This document shows, in pieces, positions 53,057 to 61,541 of a stretch of DNA of 64,000 nt. The stretch is from Tubiluchus corallicola (Eukaryota; Animalia; Priapulida): contig JAQGDQ010001029.1 of NCBI GenBank assembly GCA_030141605.1, positions 5,202 to 69,201 on the forward strand, read 5' to 3'. Position numbers and translations under genes: made by a program. Below the pieces are notes generated by a model, which made no database searches, was not told the origin of the DNA, and worked only from the letters and a program-made list of their open reading frames with translations. The number at the start of each line of letters is the position of its first letter. Positions within the stretch are counted from its first letter, which is position 1.

Positions 53057-53508
53057 GTTAGAACGTAGTTGGCAATCGTTTCGGACGCCCGAACCGCTCT
53101 GCCTCGCCCGTTGCTCTGCCAACGTATGGCGGGCGGCGGGTGCTCGCTTTCCAAATCTTCTACGCGTATGACCACGCGATTTTTGGGGAGATGTTTTTTG
53201 ACGAAATCGTACATCTCTGCTCCCTTGACGTAGGTGATCCTGCCTCTGGTGGTCTGTCGTAGAATGTTTTCCAATTCTGCATACTCGATCATTCCCTCCT
53301 CCCACGAGATGCCGTGTATGTGTCTGATTAGGTAGTTGTAGGTGGATCGCTTGTGCTGGGGAACGCGATTCCAGGGGTGGGGCGGTTTGAAGGTGTAGTT
53401 GTGATATATGCCGGTCTCTATTTCGCGAATTACCAAATTTTTGACCAGGTATTCTTCTTTTCCGCACTGGAAGGCATCTATGGTGAGAACTATGCTCGAT
53501 TCAGACAT
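52996..53508 (-). CDS. Maverick-type DEDD/DnaQ-like exonuclease-fold protein, probably catalytically degenerate
   Basis: Matches the recalled Maverick accessory pattern LVK.L..HxYxFKPP.W..HGI.W..G...Y..L..IL...YVKG.E...EDL. First acidic motif is altered (TIDAF; KNL rather than KEL). Confidence 0.65.
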   Translation of the reverse strand: MSESSIVLTIDAFQCGKEEYLVKNLVIREIETGIYHNYTFKPPHPWNRVPQHKRSTYNYLIRHIHGISWEEGMIEYAELENILRQTTRGRITYVKGAEMYDFVKKHLPKNRVVIRVEDLESEHPPPAIRWQSNGRGRAVRASETIANYVLTCQSKRSTSSPLLRSRSASI

Positions 53509-53731
53509 CTGTGACGATGGGGGGTCCTTCTACGCCGTCGGCAACGAGTTTTCCTTCGATGACGATTTGCTTGTGATTGTTCACAAATTCCAGAGACTTG
53601 ATTTTTTCGAAGGTGTATTTTTTTATGACCTTGTTGGGGGCACTCTTGCGTGCGTTGGCGCGCTTGCCGCCCCGCGTCCCCGCTTGTTGTTGTTGCTTGC
53701 GAGGAACGGTGGTTAGAGGTTGTTTGAAATC
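53501..53731 (-). CDS. Small unknown Polinton protein, exon 2 (leader-spliced; 105 aa in total)
   Basis: No ATG of its own. Preceded by a strong acceptor (tataactattgttcttcttcttctcttgcag|GAT TTC AAA) in phase with the leader exon. Its stop overlaps the next ATG. Confidence 0.55.
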   Translation of the reverse strand, partial: DFKQPLTTVPRKQQQQAGTRGGKRANARKSAPNKVIKKYTFEKIKSLEFVNNHKQIVIEGKLVADGVEGPPIVTDV

Positions 53732-53785
53732 CTGCAAGAGAAGAAGAAGAACAATAGTTATAGTATTGTTGTTCGCTAACGACAA

Positions 53786-54799
53786 CTAGGCATTTTTGAT
53801 GAGCCATTCTTTCAGATTTCTAGGTTTTTTGGGGGCAGTGGGGGTGAGCACCATCGGCGGCGATGGAGGGGGCGTCGCGGAAATTACGAGTTTGTCTTCT
53901 TCTTTATCATCATCTTTCTCCTCTTCCTCCTCCTCCTCTCGAAAGATGTCCATTCGTGTCCCTCTCTCGCGTCTGCTTTTACACGGAGGGGCGGAGGTGC
54001 CGACGTCGACGACATTGCCGGCAGACTTCTTTCCGTCCAGTTTGTCCAGTTCCTCGCGTACCCGTCTTCTCGTATCTGCTCCTTTCAATATTCTGCGTCC
54101 CATTCTACCGATGATGACGCACTGTCCATTTAGCAGACTTCCATCCCTAATGGACACTCCCTCGATGCAGAGGAAACCTTGCCAAACTGTCATTCTACGA
54201 CGCGGCGACAATTGACATTCGTAGTATTCGTCGTCGTCCTCTATTTTGTCTATCTCCCCCTGTAGTTTTTCGTATTCTTCCAGATGGAGGTTGATGCCGG
54301 GTTTGGTCGGAACGAGCGTGGCGACGCCGTCGCTGTCCTCGTATTTCCTCTTCACTTTTTCGACTGCCCGTCTGAGACCTATGCTGGGATGCGTTGCCCA
54401 TTTGCTGATCAACACGTAGGTCTGCCCACACAGAAAGATGGCACCCGGATGTCGTTGACGTTGATACTTTGCCCTCGTCCAGTAGTGTGACATTTTCACG
54501 GCTATGATCATCCTATCGATTAATTCCGATTCCAGCAGTGCCTGTACGGCCTCCTGACTCAACTCGAAATTTTGCTCGGGAAAGATGAAGAGCGGTCTAG
54601 AGTTTGCTATCATGAAAGACGTTCTGGCAGACAGTTGTATTTCAAAATCCGTATAAGATATCTCCTCGTTCAAGGCAGTCAGTATTTCTTCTCGTTTACG
54701 TACGAGTTTGCCATACTCCATCACCGTCAAAGACGCGTGCTTCCCCCTAGTGAGTTTTTCGGTAGCGGGATCGTAGTTAGATCGTCGCCGAAAGTGAAC
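53786..54799 (-). CDS. Multi-PC4 (Sub1/PC4 ssDNA-binding coactivator-like) protein, exon 2 (366 aa with the leader)
   Basis: ttgaccttttattcgtag|GTT CAC extends the ORF in frame. PC4-like motifs VHFRRR...RGKHASLTVMEYGKL and IGLRR...PTKPGINLHLEEYEKL (cf. PGRKGISLNPEQWSQL). Acidic and Pro-rich tail. Confidence 0.7.
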   Translation of the reverse strand, partial: VHFRRRSNYDPATEKLTRGKHASLTVMEYGKLVRKREEILTALNEEISYTDFEIQLSARTSFMIANSRPLFIFPEQNFELSQEAVQALLESELIDRMIIAVKMSHYWTRAKYQRQRHPGAIFLCGQTYVLISKWATHPSIGLRRAVEKVKRKYEDSDGVATLVPTKPGINLHLEEYEKLQGEIDKIEDDDEYYECQLSPRRRMTVWQGFLCIEGVSIRDGSLLNGQCVIIGRMGRRILKGADTRRRVREELDKLDGKKSAGNVVDVGTSAPPCKSRRERGTRMDIFREEEEEEEKDDDKEEDKLVISATPPPSPPMVLTPTAPKKPRNLKEWLIKNA

Positions 54800-54922
54800 C
54801 TACGAATAAAAGGTCAAAAATTTTTTTAACACGCTCCTGCCCCCTGATGCTAAATAAAACAGGAAAAAAACAACGTTTCGGTATTCGAAATGCTAGAAAA
54901 ATAATAATGAACATTTACTCAC

Positions 54923-55009
54923 CTGATACACCTCGTCTAAGGATGAAAGCGATGTTGACAAATCGTGTGTCAGCGGATACACCAAGGCATCATTCTCCAT
55001 CATTAACAT
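54923..55009 (-). CDS. Shared 29-codon leader exon of the Polinton minus-strand unit
   Basis: MLMMENDALVYPLTHDLSTSLSSLDEVYQ ending in a perfect donor CAG|gtgagt, phase 0, downstream of a TATA box. Confidence 0.65.
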
Positions 55010-55097
55010 ATAGCGATGTTTTTTCGTCGTCTGCGGATGTATGTGCTATCGCTGTGTCGCTCGAGACACTTGTGTCATCCCCCCGTCAAAACACCCC

Positions 55098-55345
55098 ATT
55101 ATATAGCCGCTCTCTTCCGGTTGACGTCACCCAACGGTCGTTTGCCGTTAACAATAGCTCAAGCGTGAATGACGCAGCGTCTGTTCACTCTACCGTTTTC
55201 CCGCCAAACCGTCACGATGCGTCACACTACACGGCATCTATTGTGAAAAAAACACGCTGTTTGAACACGTTCGAGTGGGCTAACCGTTTTTTTTCGTATG
55301 CATTGCGGTATTTTTATTCTTATTTTGATACAAAATTTATAAAGG
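55098..55345. promoter_or_regulatory. Divergent promoter region between the two Polinton gene blocks
   Basis: Minus-strand TATATAAT at 55098-55105; ETS-type CCGGAAG at 55114-55120; palindromic CRE TGACGTCA at 55122-55129; further TGACGCA/TGCGTCA sites; plus-strand TATAAA at 55338-55343 before the ATPase. Confidence 0.6.
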
Positions 55346-55374
55346 AAGGTAGATTAATTTATTTGGTAATTACG

Positions 55375-56010
55375 ATGGATCGAATTTATGATGCGAGATT
55401 GAAATTTGGCAGCACCATGTTGGTGGCCGGACCCACTCGCGCCGGGAAAACCACTTTTGTAAAAAATTTACTCCTTCATCGGAACGTGTTGTTCGATGCT
55501 AAACCGGACAGGGTGTTGTGGATTTCGCAAACACCCCCTCCACTAGCCTCCTCTCGCGAAGAATTACAAGAAGTGGAGTACAGCGAGGACATAAATGTCG
55601 GAATACGTGCGGGAGATCTGGTGGTGGTAGACGACATGATGACGGAACTAGCCACCTCCAAACGACTGACTGACATGTTCACAAAGCTAGCACACCACAA
55701 ACCGTGTTTCGTGGTTTTCATCACGCAAAATCTTTTTCAACAGAGCAAAGAATCGAGAACGCGCAGTCTAAACACCCACTACTTGGTGTTATTCAAAAAT
55801 CCGCGCGACAAGATGCAGGTGGAAGTGTTGGGTAGACAGATGTATCCGGGTAAAACGAAATCTTTTAGGGAGGCTTTCGAGCGCGCCACCGCAGCACCCT
55901 TTTCTTACGTGCTATTCGATTTGCGTCAGGAAACCGACGATGCCATTCGCATGAGAAGTAACATATTTCCTCACGAAGTACCACAATTGGTTTTTCTTCC
56001 TCAAAAATGA
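55375..56010 (+). CDS. Polinton genome-packaging ATPase (A32/FtsK-like)
   Basis: Walker A GPTRAGKTT, Walker B LVVVDDMM, FITQNLF and SLNTHYLVLFKNPRD. The start is probably the ATG at 55375 rather than 54847. Confidence 0.92.
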   Translation: MDRIYDARLKFGSTMLVAGPTRAGKTTFVKNLLLHRNVLFDAKPDRVLWISQTPPPLASSREELQEVEYSEDINVGIRAGDLVVVDDMMTELATSKRLTDMFTKLAHHKPCFVVFITQNLFQQSKESRTRSLNTHYLVLFKNPRDKMQVEVLGRQMYPGKTKSFREAFERATAAPFSYVLFDLRQETDDAIRMRSNIFPHEVPQLVFLPQK

Positions 56011-56070
56011 GATAAGCAAAATGGTGCGCGTTGCATGCGACATAGAATTATTAACGACAACCGCAAAAAA

Positions 56071-56448
56071 ATGTCTCAAGCGCGCATTAGACGACACAGA
56101 CCTTTTCTCAAGCAACTCGCTCGTGCCAAACCGCGCGATAGGAGGGAGATGTTAAAGTGGGCCGATGCCGATGCGATTAATTTTTTGGCAGAATGCGCTC
56201 TCAACATACTACGCGGTAATGTGAAGTTGAAAACCAAACAGATAAAGGTATTGAGGGGACATCGCAATGTGCTGAGAAAATTGGCACGCGCCGGTTCCAC
56301 GTTGAAGGCCAGAAGACGTGCGCTAGTGCAAAAAGGTGGTATATTTCCAATCATACCCCTCTTGGCGGGCATATTTGGCGCCACTTCGGCTGCTGCTAGC
56401 GTAGCCAGAACGGTGAAGACATTCCGCGATAAGAAGAAAAAGAAATAA
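56071..56448 (+). CDS. Conserved small basic Polinton protein with an adenain-type site and a hydrophobic/amphipathic C-terminus
   Basis: ECALNILRGNV...LRKLA...QKGG|IFPIIPLLAGIFG pattern typical of the ORF that follows the ATPase in group-1-type elements. Confidence 0.75.
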   Translation: MSQARIRRHRPFLKQLARAKPRDRREMLKWADADAINFLAECALNILRGNVKLKTKQIKVLRGHRNVLRKLARAGSTLKARRRALVQKGGIFPIIPLLAGIFGATSAAASVARTVKTFRDKKKKK

Positions 56449-56449
56449 A

Positions 56450-57247
56450 ATGTATTCTCAGATGGTTTTACTACCGCTGGCAGAGTATAACAGGTTAAAA
56501 CATACGCGCCTCGTTCTAGACACGCCCGTCGAGCAGAAAACTGTAGAAATTCAACAGAAAATGGCGGAATTGGCAGCTCGAGGATTGCCACCCGATGTGG
56601 AAAATAAGATGAGAAGCGAATTGATGCAGGAGATCAAAGATTTGAAAAAACCCTCCTCCACGGGCGAAGATGACGATGGAACCCGACTGAAAGACACTCA
56701 AATAATCGAGGCATTACCCACCAAGTACAAGAGTAGGGGACAAAAAATGCTCTCCTTTTTGAAGGCCCATCGAACGCGTTGGGATGAAATGGGGCGTTTC
56801 GTGCACGAGGGACGCGCAATGAGTGGCACGCACCTGGTGGACTTGATAAATTTTGCTACAACTAGCGAGAAGATGACTCCCCCTCGCGGTTGGTCCGACT
56901 TTTATCGTCATCTCAAAGAAATAAGTGTGCCCATGACTCTATTGGGTAAAACGGCTAAGACAGAACTCGAGAAGGGTCAACAGCAACAACAGCAGCGCGA
57001 AAGGTTGGGACTGACGACACCCCCATCCTCTCTAGCGCATCGACGCGTGGTGGCCGATGACGAAGCGAGGACAGCGACACCGACACCACCACCACCACCA
57101 GCCCCTCTACCTTCTAATAAACGAACCACGCGAAAACGTGGACCTCAACAACAACAACAACAGCAACAACAGCATCCTCGTCGCCGACGTCGACGACAAT
57201 CCTCACCCATAGTTAGAGAATGGGTGAGACTGGAGACAGAAGATTAG
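56450..57247 (+). CDS. Conserved uncharacterised Polinton protein (PW-like)
   Basis: MVLLP start, LP..YK.RG..ML.FL, WDE.G, G.HLVDLI, PRGW..F...L.....P..LLG; low-complexity C-terminus. Confidence 0.7.
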   Translation: MYSQMVLLPLAEYNRLKHTRLVLDTPVEQKTVEIQQKMAELAARGLPPDVENKMRSELMQEIKDLKKPSSTGEDDDGTRLKDTQIIEALPTKYKSRGQKMLSFLKAHRTRWDEMGRFVHEGRAMSGTHLVDLINFATTSEKMTPPRGWSDFYRHLKEISVPMTLLGKTAKTELEKGQQQQQQRERLGLTTPPSSLAHRRVVADDEARTATPTPPPPPAPLPSNKRTTRKRGPQQQQQQQQQHPRRRRRRQSSPIVREWVRLETED

Positions 57248-58314
57248 CCGAAATCTACTACGATTTGCGTCATCCTGCCGGTTATGCTAGCGCACGTGCA
57301 TTGAAACGCGCCTCTGGCGACACGATGCGTCGCGTGCGCGAATGGTTGAGTGCACAATCCGCCTACACCCTCCACAGGGGTGCCAGACGTAGTAGATATG
57401 ACACTCGCCCGACTTTGACGCGCGGTATCGATTATCAATGGCAAGCCGATTTGGTAATTATGGACGCGCTATCCAAATATAACGATGGCTACAAATACAT
57501 GTTAACCGTGGTGGATTGTTTTAGTCGTTATGCCTGGGCGAGAGCTTTGAAGAGTAAAGGTGGACGCGAAACTGCCGAGGCTCTACGCTCCATATTCGAA
57601 GAGGAGGGGCGCGCGCCCCTCAAATTACACACGGACAAGGGTAAAGAATTTCAAAATAGACATGTACAAAAATTGTTGAAAGACTATGGCATATATTTTT
57701 TCACCACGGAAAGTGTCTACAAGGCGGCCCTGGTGGAACGTTTTAACAGAACTTTAAAATCGAGATGCTACAAAGTTTTCACCCATCGCAACACCCTGAG
57801 ATGGATAGATTTTCTCCAAGATCTGGTGTACGGATACAATGGTGCCACACATCGCACCATAGGAATGGCACCGCGCGAGGTGAATGCACGAAACGAGATG
57901 CTTTTGTGGAGAAAATTATATGCCAAAGGAAGGAGGCGAAGAAAGAAAGATTTAAGAACACCTTCGAAATTAGTGGTGGGGGATTTGGTGCGTCTTTCCA
58001 AAGTCAAGGGACGTTTCGAAAAGTCTTACTTTCCCAACTGGACGGAAGAACTGTTCACGGTTAGTGCGGTGTCCGAAGGTGACGATTTCGCCACTTGGCC
58101 GCCCGCTTACCGCATATCCGATCACACCGGCGAAGAAGTGCGCGGTATATTTTATCGTGAAGAATTACAGAAAGTGATCAAGACGGACGACGTTTATCGC
58201 GTGGAAAAAGTACTCAAAACCAAAGGTAGAGGAAGACATAAGCGTTTCTTTGTAAAATGGTTGGGTTATCCCACAGAGTTTGCCAGCTGGATAACTGCAG
58301 AAGATTTTGTGTAG
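57220..58314 (+). CDS. Retroviral-like (c-)integrase with C-terminal chromodomain
   Basis: YYD..HPAGY; DDE triad WQADL / LHTDKGKEF / VERFNRTLK; chromodomain YRVEKVL...FFVKWLGYP.EFASWI. Confidence 0.93.
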   Translation: MGETGDRRLAEIYYDLRHPAGYASARALKRASGDTMRRVREWLSAQSAYTLHRGARRSRYDTRPTLTRGIDYQWQADLVIMDALSKYNDGYKYMLTVVDCFSRYAWARALKSKGGRETAEALRSIFEEEGRAPLKLHTDKGKEFQNRHVQKLLKDYGIYFFTTESVYKAALVERFNRTLKSRCYKVFTHRNTLRWIDFLQDLVYGYNGATHRTIGMAPREVNARNEMLLWRKLYAKGRRRRKKDLRTPSKLVVGDLVRLSKVKGRFEKSYFPNWTEELFTVSAVSEGDDFATWPPAYRISDHTGEEVRGIFYREELQKVIKTDDVYRVEKVLKTKGRGRHKRFFVKWLGYPTEFASWITAEDFV

Positions 58315-58321
58315 AAAAAAC

Positions 58322-59104
58322 ATGATACCGGGTAGTTTTTCCGTGTTATTGCCCTCTAATGCCTCTCCCAAAGTGTATCCGGAGAACAGGCCGGGCGCCT
58401 TTCGCGTACAACTGCTCGATCCGCTAGAGCTGAAGGGAAACTGGGAAGTGGGTCTGACAGAAATAGTCTATCCGCGCTCATTCTACAATTACGAGGACAA
58501 CGAGTCGGTGGCCTTTATGACCCACGAGCGTGCCGTCAAGCTACCAGTGCTAACCGAATTTGCCGCACACTCCAAAAGGTTTAAACACATAGAGCTACCA
58601 AATGGACATTATAGCGATGCAAAAGAGCTGATGCACTACATAAATCAACAACTTCCCAAAAAGTTTTTCAACGTCACCTTTCACCCCATATCTAGACACT
58701 CCCACTGGGCGGTTAAGGGAGAACTTTCCACTCTGGTCTTACGTAAACCGGTCACCGACATGATGGGTTTTTGGAACTTACCTTCGGCGATACTCACCAT
58801 AGGTGAACACGAATCCCCACACCCCTGCAAAGTGGATAGAGGACAACAGACGTTATACATCTATCTAGATTGCATCGAGCACTCCGTCGTGGGTCACACT
58901 TCTGTACCTCTCTTGCGTGCAATAACCATTGCGCGACAGCATGGCGACACTGTCACTCACGAATTTCAGCGCATCTACTACCGCAAAGTTAACAAGAGTC
59001 AGATAAAAAGTTTGGAGGTGTATGTTTGTGACGACACTGGTAAAAAAGTGAACTTTCATTGGGGCCACATGATTTTGAATCTACACTTTAGACCATCATT
59101 GTAA
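58322..59104 (+). CDS. Minor capsid protein (penton, PX)
   Basis: F.VLLPSNAS...YPEN...FRVQL...LELKGNWEVGLTEIVYP and C-terminal YIYLDCIE..VVG....PLLR...LHFR. Confidence 0.85.
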   Translation: MIPGSFSVLLPSNASPKVYPENRPGAFRVQLLDPLELKGNWEVGLTEIVYPRSFYNYEDNESVAFMTHERAVKLPVLTEFAAHSKRFKHIELPNGHYSDAKELMHYINQQLPKKFFNVTFHPISRHSHWAVKGELSTLVLRKPVTDMMGFWNLPSAILTIGEHESPHPCKVDRGQQTLYIYLDCIEHSVVGHTSVPLLRAITIARQHGDTVTHEFQRIYYRKVNKSQIKSLEVYVCDDTGKKVNFHWGHMILNLHFRPSL

Positions 59105-59177
59105 CACCGTTGCAACACCGCTAATAACTAATAAGCAAAAAAAGACACCCGCATCAGAACAAATTTACAGAAAGAGG

Positions 59178-59570
59178 ATGGTGGCCAACAGCGATCCCTA
59201 TTACAGCTATTATAGCAAACCTCAGATCGGGGGTGTGCTACCCGTATATGCCGGTGCAGGCTTACAGTCTGGCAGTGGCTTGTTTAGCCTTATAGCTCGC
59301 GTTGCCATACCGCTAATACGAAAAATTGCCAGTGTGGCTAAACCTGCGGGACGGCTAGCAATGGGTGCCGCTAAAAATATAGCCAAGTCGACTGCTAAGA
59401 GAGCAGCCGGCGGTTTAAAAGATGCTCTAGCGCAAGAGATAAGCAAAACCGTGTTGAGTGCAAAAAGACGTAAAGCAAAACCCGCTCAGCGCCGACGACG
59501 TCAGACTGGTACTGGTAGAAGAACGAGAACAAAGGCAAAAAGAAGAACAAAGCGCGATATTTTTTCCTGA
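59178..59570 (+). CDS. Basic core/membrane-active protein (PZ-like)
   Basis: YY..QIGG.LPVYAG...QSGSGLF followed by an amphipathic helix; Arg/Lys-rich C-terminus with QTGTG, ending DIFS. Confidence 0.75.
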   Translation: MVANSDPYYSYYSKPQIGGVLPVYAGAGLQSGSGLFSLIARVAIPLIRKIASVAKPAGRLAMGAAKNIAKSTAKRAAGGLKDALAQEISKTVLSAKRRKAKPAQRRRRQTGTGRRTRTKAKRRTKRDIFS

Positions 59571-59619
59571 ATTAGTAATCGGATTGCATAAAGAGGTAGA
59601 GAAGAAAAAAAGAAGAACA

Positions 59620-60924
59620 ATGGAAACACTGGCGGCTAAAAGTGAATTGGATTTGTTCACAGAAATGCCCACTCAGGTGGCCATTTCCGAAGGACAATAC
59701 GTGGATTTTCATCCCATAAACACCTACACGGAGAATGTGACTAGTCCCATCGAGTTTCACATAATTGGTAGTTCTGATGAATACTTAGATTGCGACGATG
59801 TGCATCTAGTTTTAGATGTGCGCATGTTAACCGCAGCAGGTCAACCCATTAGAGTGGGTGCAGGGGTAGAAGATCCCCTTCCACATGTGGCACCAGTCAA
59901 TTTGCCCGCCACTTCCATGTTTTCGGATTGCGAAGTCATTTTGGGGAATACCCAAATACAGGGAGGCTCGCACGACTATGCCTATAGAGCTTACCTGCAA
60001 ACCTTATTGGAGTACGAACCTGACACAAAAGATACACAATTGATCATAGCAGGATGGCAACCTGACCCCAGTAACAATCGAATCGATCAACCGGATCAAA
60101 ACAATTCCATACAAGATAGAGCGCGCCCGTTGCGCGATGGCGCAACGCATCAATACGTCACTAAACTGTTTGTAGATTTCTTTAGACAACCGCGTTTTTT
60201 GTTGCCGGGCGTGGACTTGCGCATAAGGTTGATTAGACAGCGTGCAGACTGGTACATGATGAGCGCCTATCCGGATCGCGAAGTCTATTTGCACGTACAA
60301 AGAGCCGTCTTGTATGCACGACGCGTGCGCGTGATGCCAAGCGTGCTTAAAGCACACCTTGATGGTCTGAGTCGCTATAATGCCATCTACCCTTACAATA
60401 AAGTAGAAATGACCAGTTTCACCATTGGACAGGGAGCACAAAGCATCGTGAAAGAGGATCTGTTCTCGGGTCGCGTACCAAAACTTTGCTTATTCGGACT
60501 CGTGAGAAATGACGCTTATAACGGTTCGCGAGCACTTAGTCCATACAACTTTCAACATTTCAACATCAATCACGTCACCATGTACGTGGGCTCGGAAGAA
60601 ATGCCACATCGCACCTTTCACCCGAATTTCCCGAGTGGAATCGTAGGACGCGAGTTTGTTGCTCTTTATCAGGCCTTTAATCTGTTTGGTAAAGATAAAG
60701 GAATCATCACACCTACAGAATTTAAACGGGGTACGACGCTCTTTGGATTTAACCTATCTCCAGATCAAAGCCTGGTTGGACATCGCCAAGGTGATAAAGG
60801 CGGTCAAGTACGTATCGAATTGAAATTTGCGCAAGCATTACCACACACCGTAAATGTGGTGGTCATGGCAGTATTTGATGCCAAAATCGAGATAACGAAA
60901 TTACTTGACGTCATAACACTATAA
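59620..60924 (+). CDS. Major capsid protein (double jelly-roll, PY)
   Basis: KSELDLF...PTQ..I..G.Y....PI, PIEF.I.G..DEYLD, YAYRAYLQTLL, AYNG....SPYNFQHF, G.TLFGFNLSPD, G.VRIELKFA.ALP.TVNVVV. Confidence 0.9.
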   Translation: METLAAKSELDLFTEMPTQVAISEGQYVDFHPINTYTENVTSPIEFHIIGSSDEYLDCDDVHLVLDVRMLTAAGQPIRVGAGVEDPLPHVAPVNLPATSMFSDCEVILGNTQIQGGSHDYAYRAYLQTLLEYEPDTKDTQLIIAGWQPDPSNNRIDQPDQNNSIQDRARPLRDGATHQYVTKLFVDFFRQPRFLLPGVDLRIRLIRQRADWYMMSAYPDREVYLHVQRAVLYARRVRVMPSVLKAHLDGLSRYNAIYPYNKVEMTSFTIGQGAQSIVKEDLFSGRVPKLCLFGLVRNDAYNGSRALSPYNFQHFNINHVTMYVGSEEMPHRTFHPNFPSGIVGREFVALYQAFNLFGKDKGIITPTEFKRGTTLFGFNLSPDQSLVGHRQGDKGGQVRIELKFAQALPHTVNVVVMAVFDAKIEITKLLDVITL

Positions 60925-61541
60925 TGTTAACGTTAACAGTACTCGTGTCGACGACGGCATCGGCAATAGCTGCAGCAGCGACACCGTTTTTATCTATGGT
61001 TAGTTCTTCAAGGACGATGACAGGAATGAACACCCTTCAATTGGAAGACTTCATGCAAAAACGCGCCCCTCCAGCAGCGAAACATCAATTTCGAGGGGTT
61101 TATTCGTCTTCTGAATTACTGGAGAGTGTCACAGTGAATGAACTCCCTGCTAGCTATATTGTCAACACTCAACCCAGCAATTTACCGGGCGAACACTGGG
61201 TGGCGCTCTATTTAGAGACCTCTGGTCGTGGAGAGTTATTCGATTCCTACGGATTGGCACCCACCTATAGAATTAGGAAATTTTTAAATAAAAATTGTAG
61301 AGGGAAATGGACTTACAACACGAAAGCGTTACAATCACCCATCCTTCCTACTTGCGGAGCATACGCTTTATGGTTTTGTTGTAGACGACCTTATTACGAC
61401 TCTCTACAGCAGCTGGTGTGTAATTTCCAGCCATTGTTCCTAGACAGAGAAGTGGTGTTGATGAAGCATCTATTTTCCGTCGATGACGCTGATGATGAGG
61501 ATGATGATGATGATGATCGCTATAAACCGCATCGCCGTTGA
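60924..61541 (+). CDS. Adenain-like cysteine protease (core from the ATG at 61026)
   Basis: IVNT.P...PGEHWVA (His), FDSYG (Asp), LQS....TCGAYA (Gln, Cys): catalytic residues intact. Confidence 0.9.
   Translation: MLTLTVLVSTTASAIAAAATPFLSMVSSSRTMTGMNTLQLEDFMQKRAPPAAKHQFRGVYSSSELLESVTVNELPASYIVNTQPSNLPGEHWVALYLETSGRGELFDSYGLAPTYRIRKFLNKNCRGKWTYNTKALQSPILPTCGAYALWFCCRRPYYDSLQQLVCNFQPLFLDREVVLMKHLFSVDDADDEDDDDDDRYKPHRR

Noticed and set aside
53057-53467. N-terminal 137 codons of the 331-aa ORF containing the TBP domain
   Set aside because: GTG-started alternative frame fully overlapping the nuclease-fold gene; TBP similarity begins only at about 53056.
54847-55374. 176-codon N-terminal extension of the ATPase ORF
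   Set aside because: It spans the divergent promoter and the antisense leader exon; ATPase similarity starts at ATG 55375, just after a TATAAA.
59458-59619. GTG-started extension of the major capsid ORF
   Set aside because: Overlaps the upstream basic protein; the conserved KSELDLF start follows ATG 59620.
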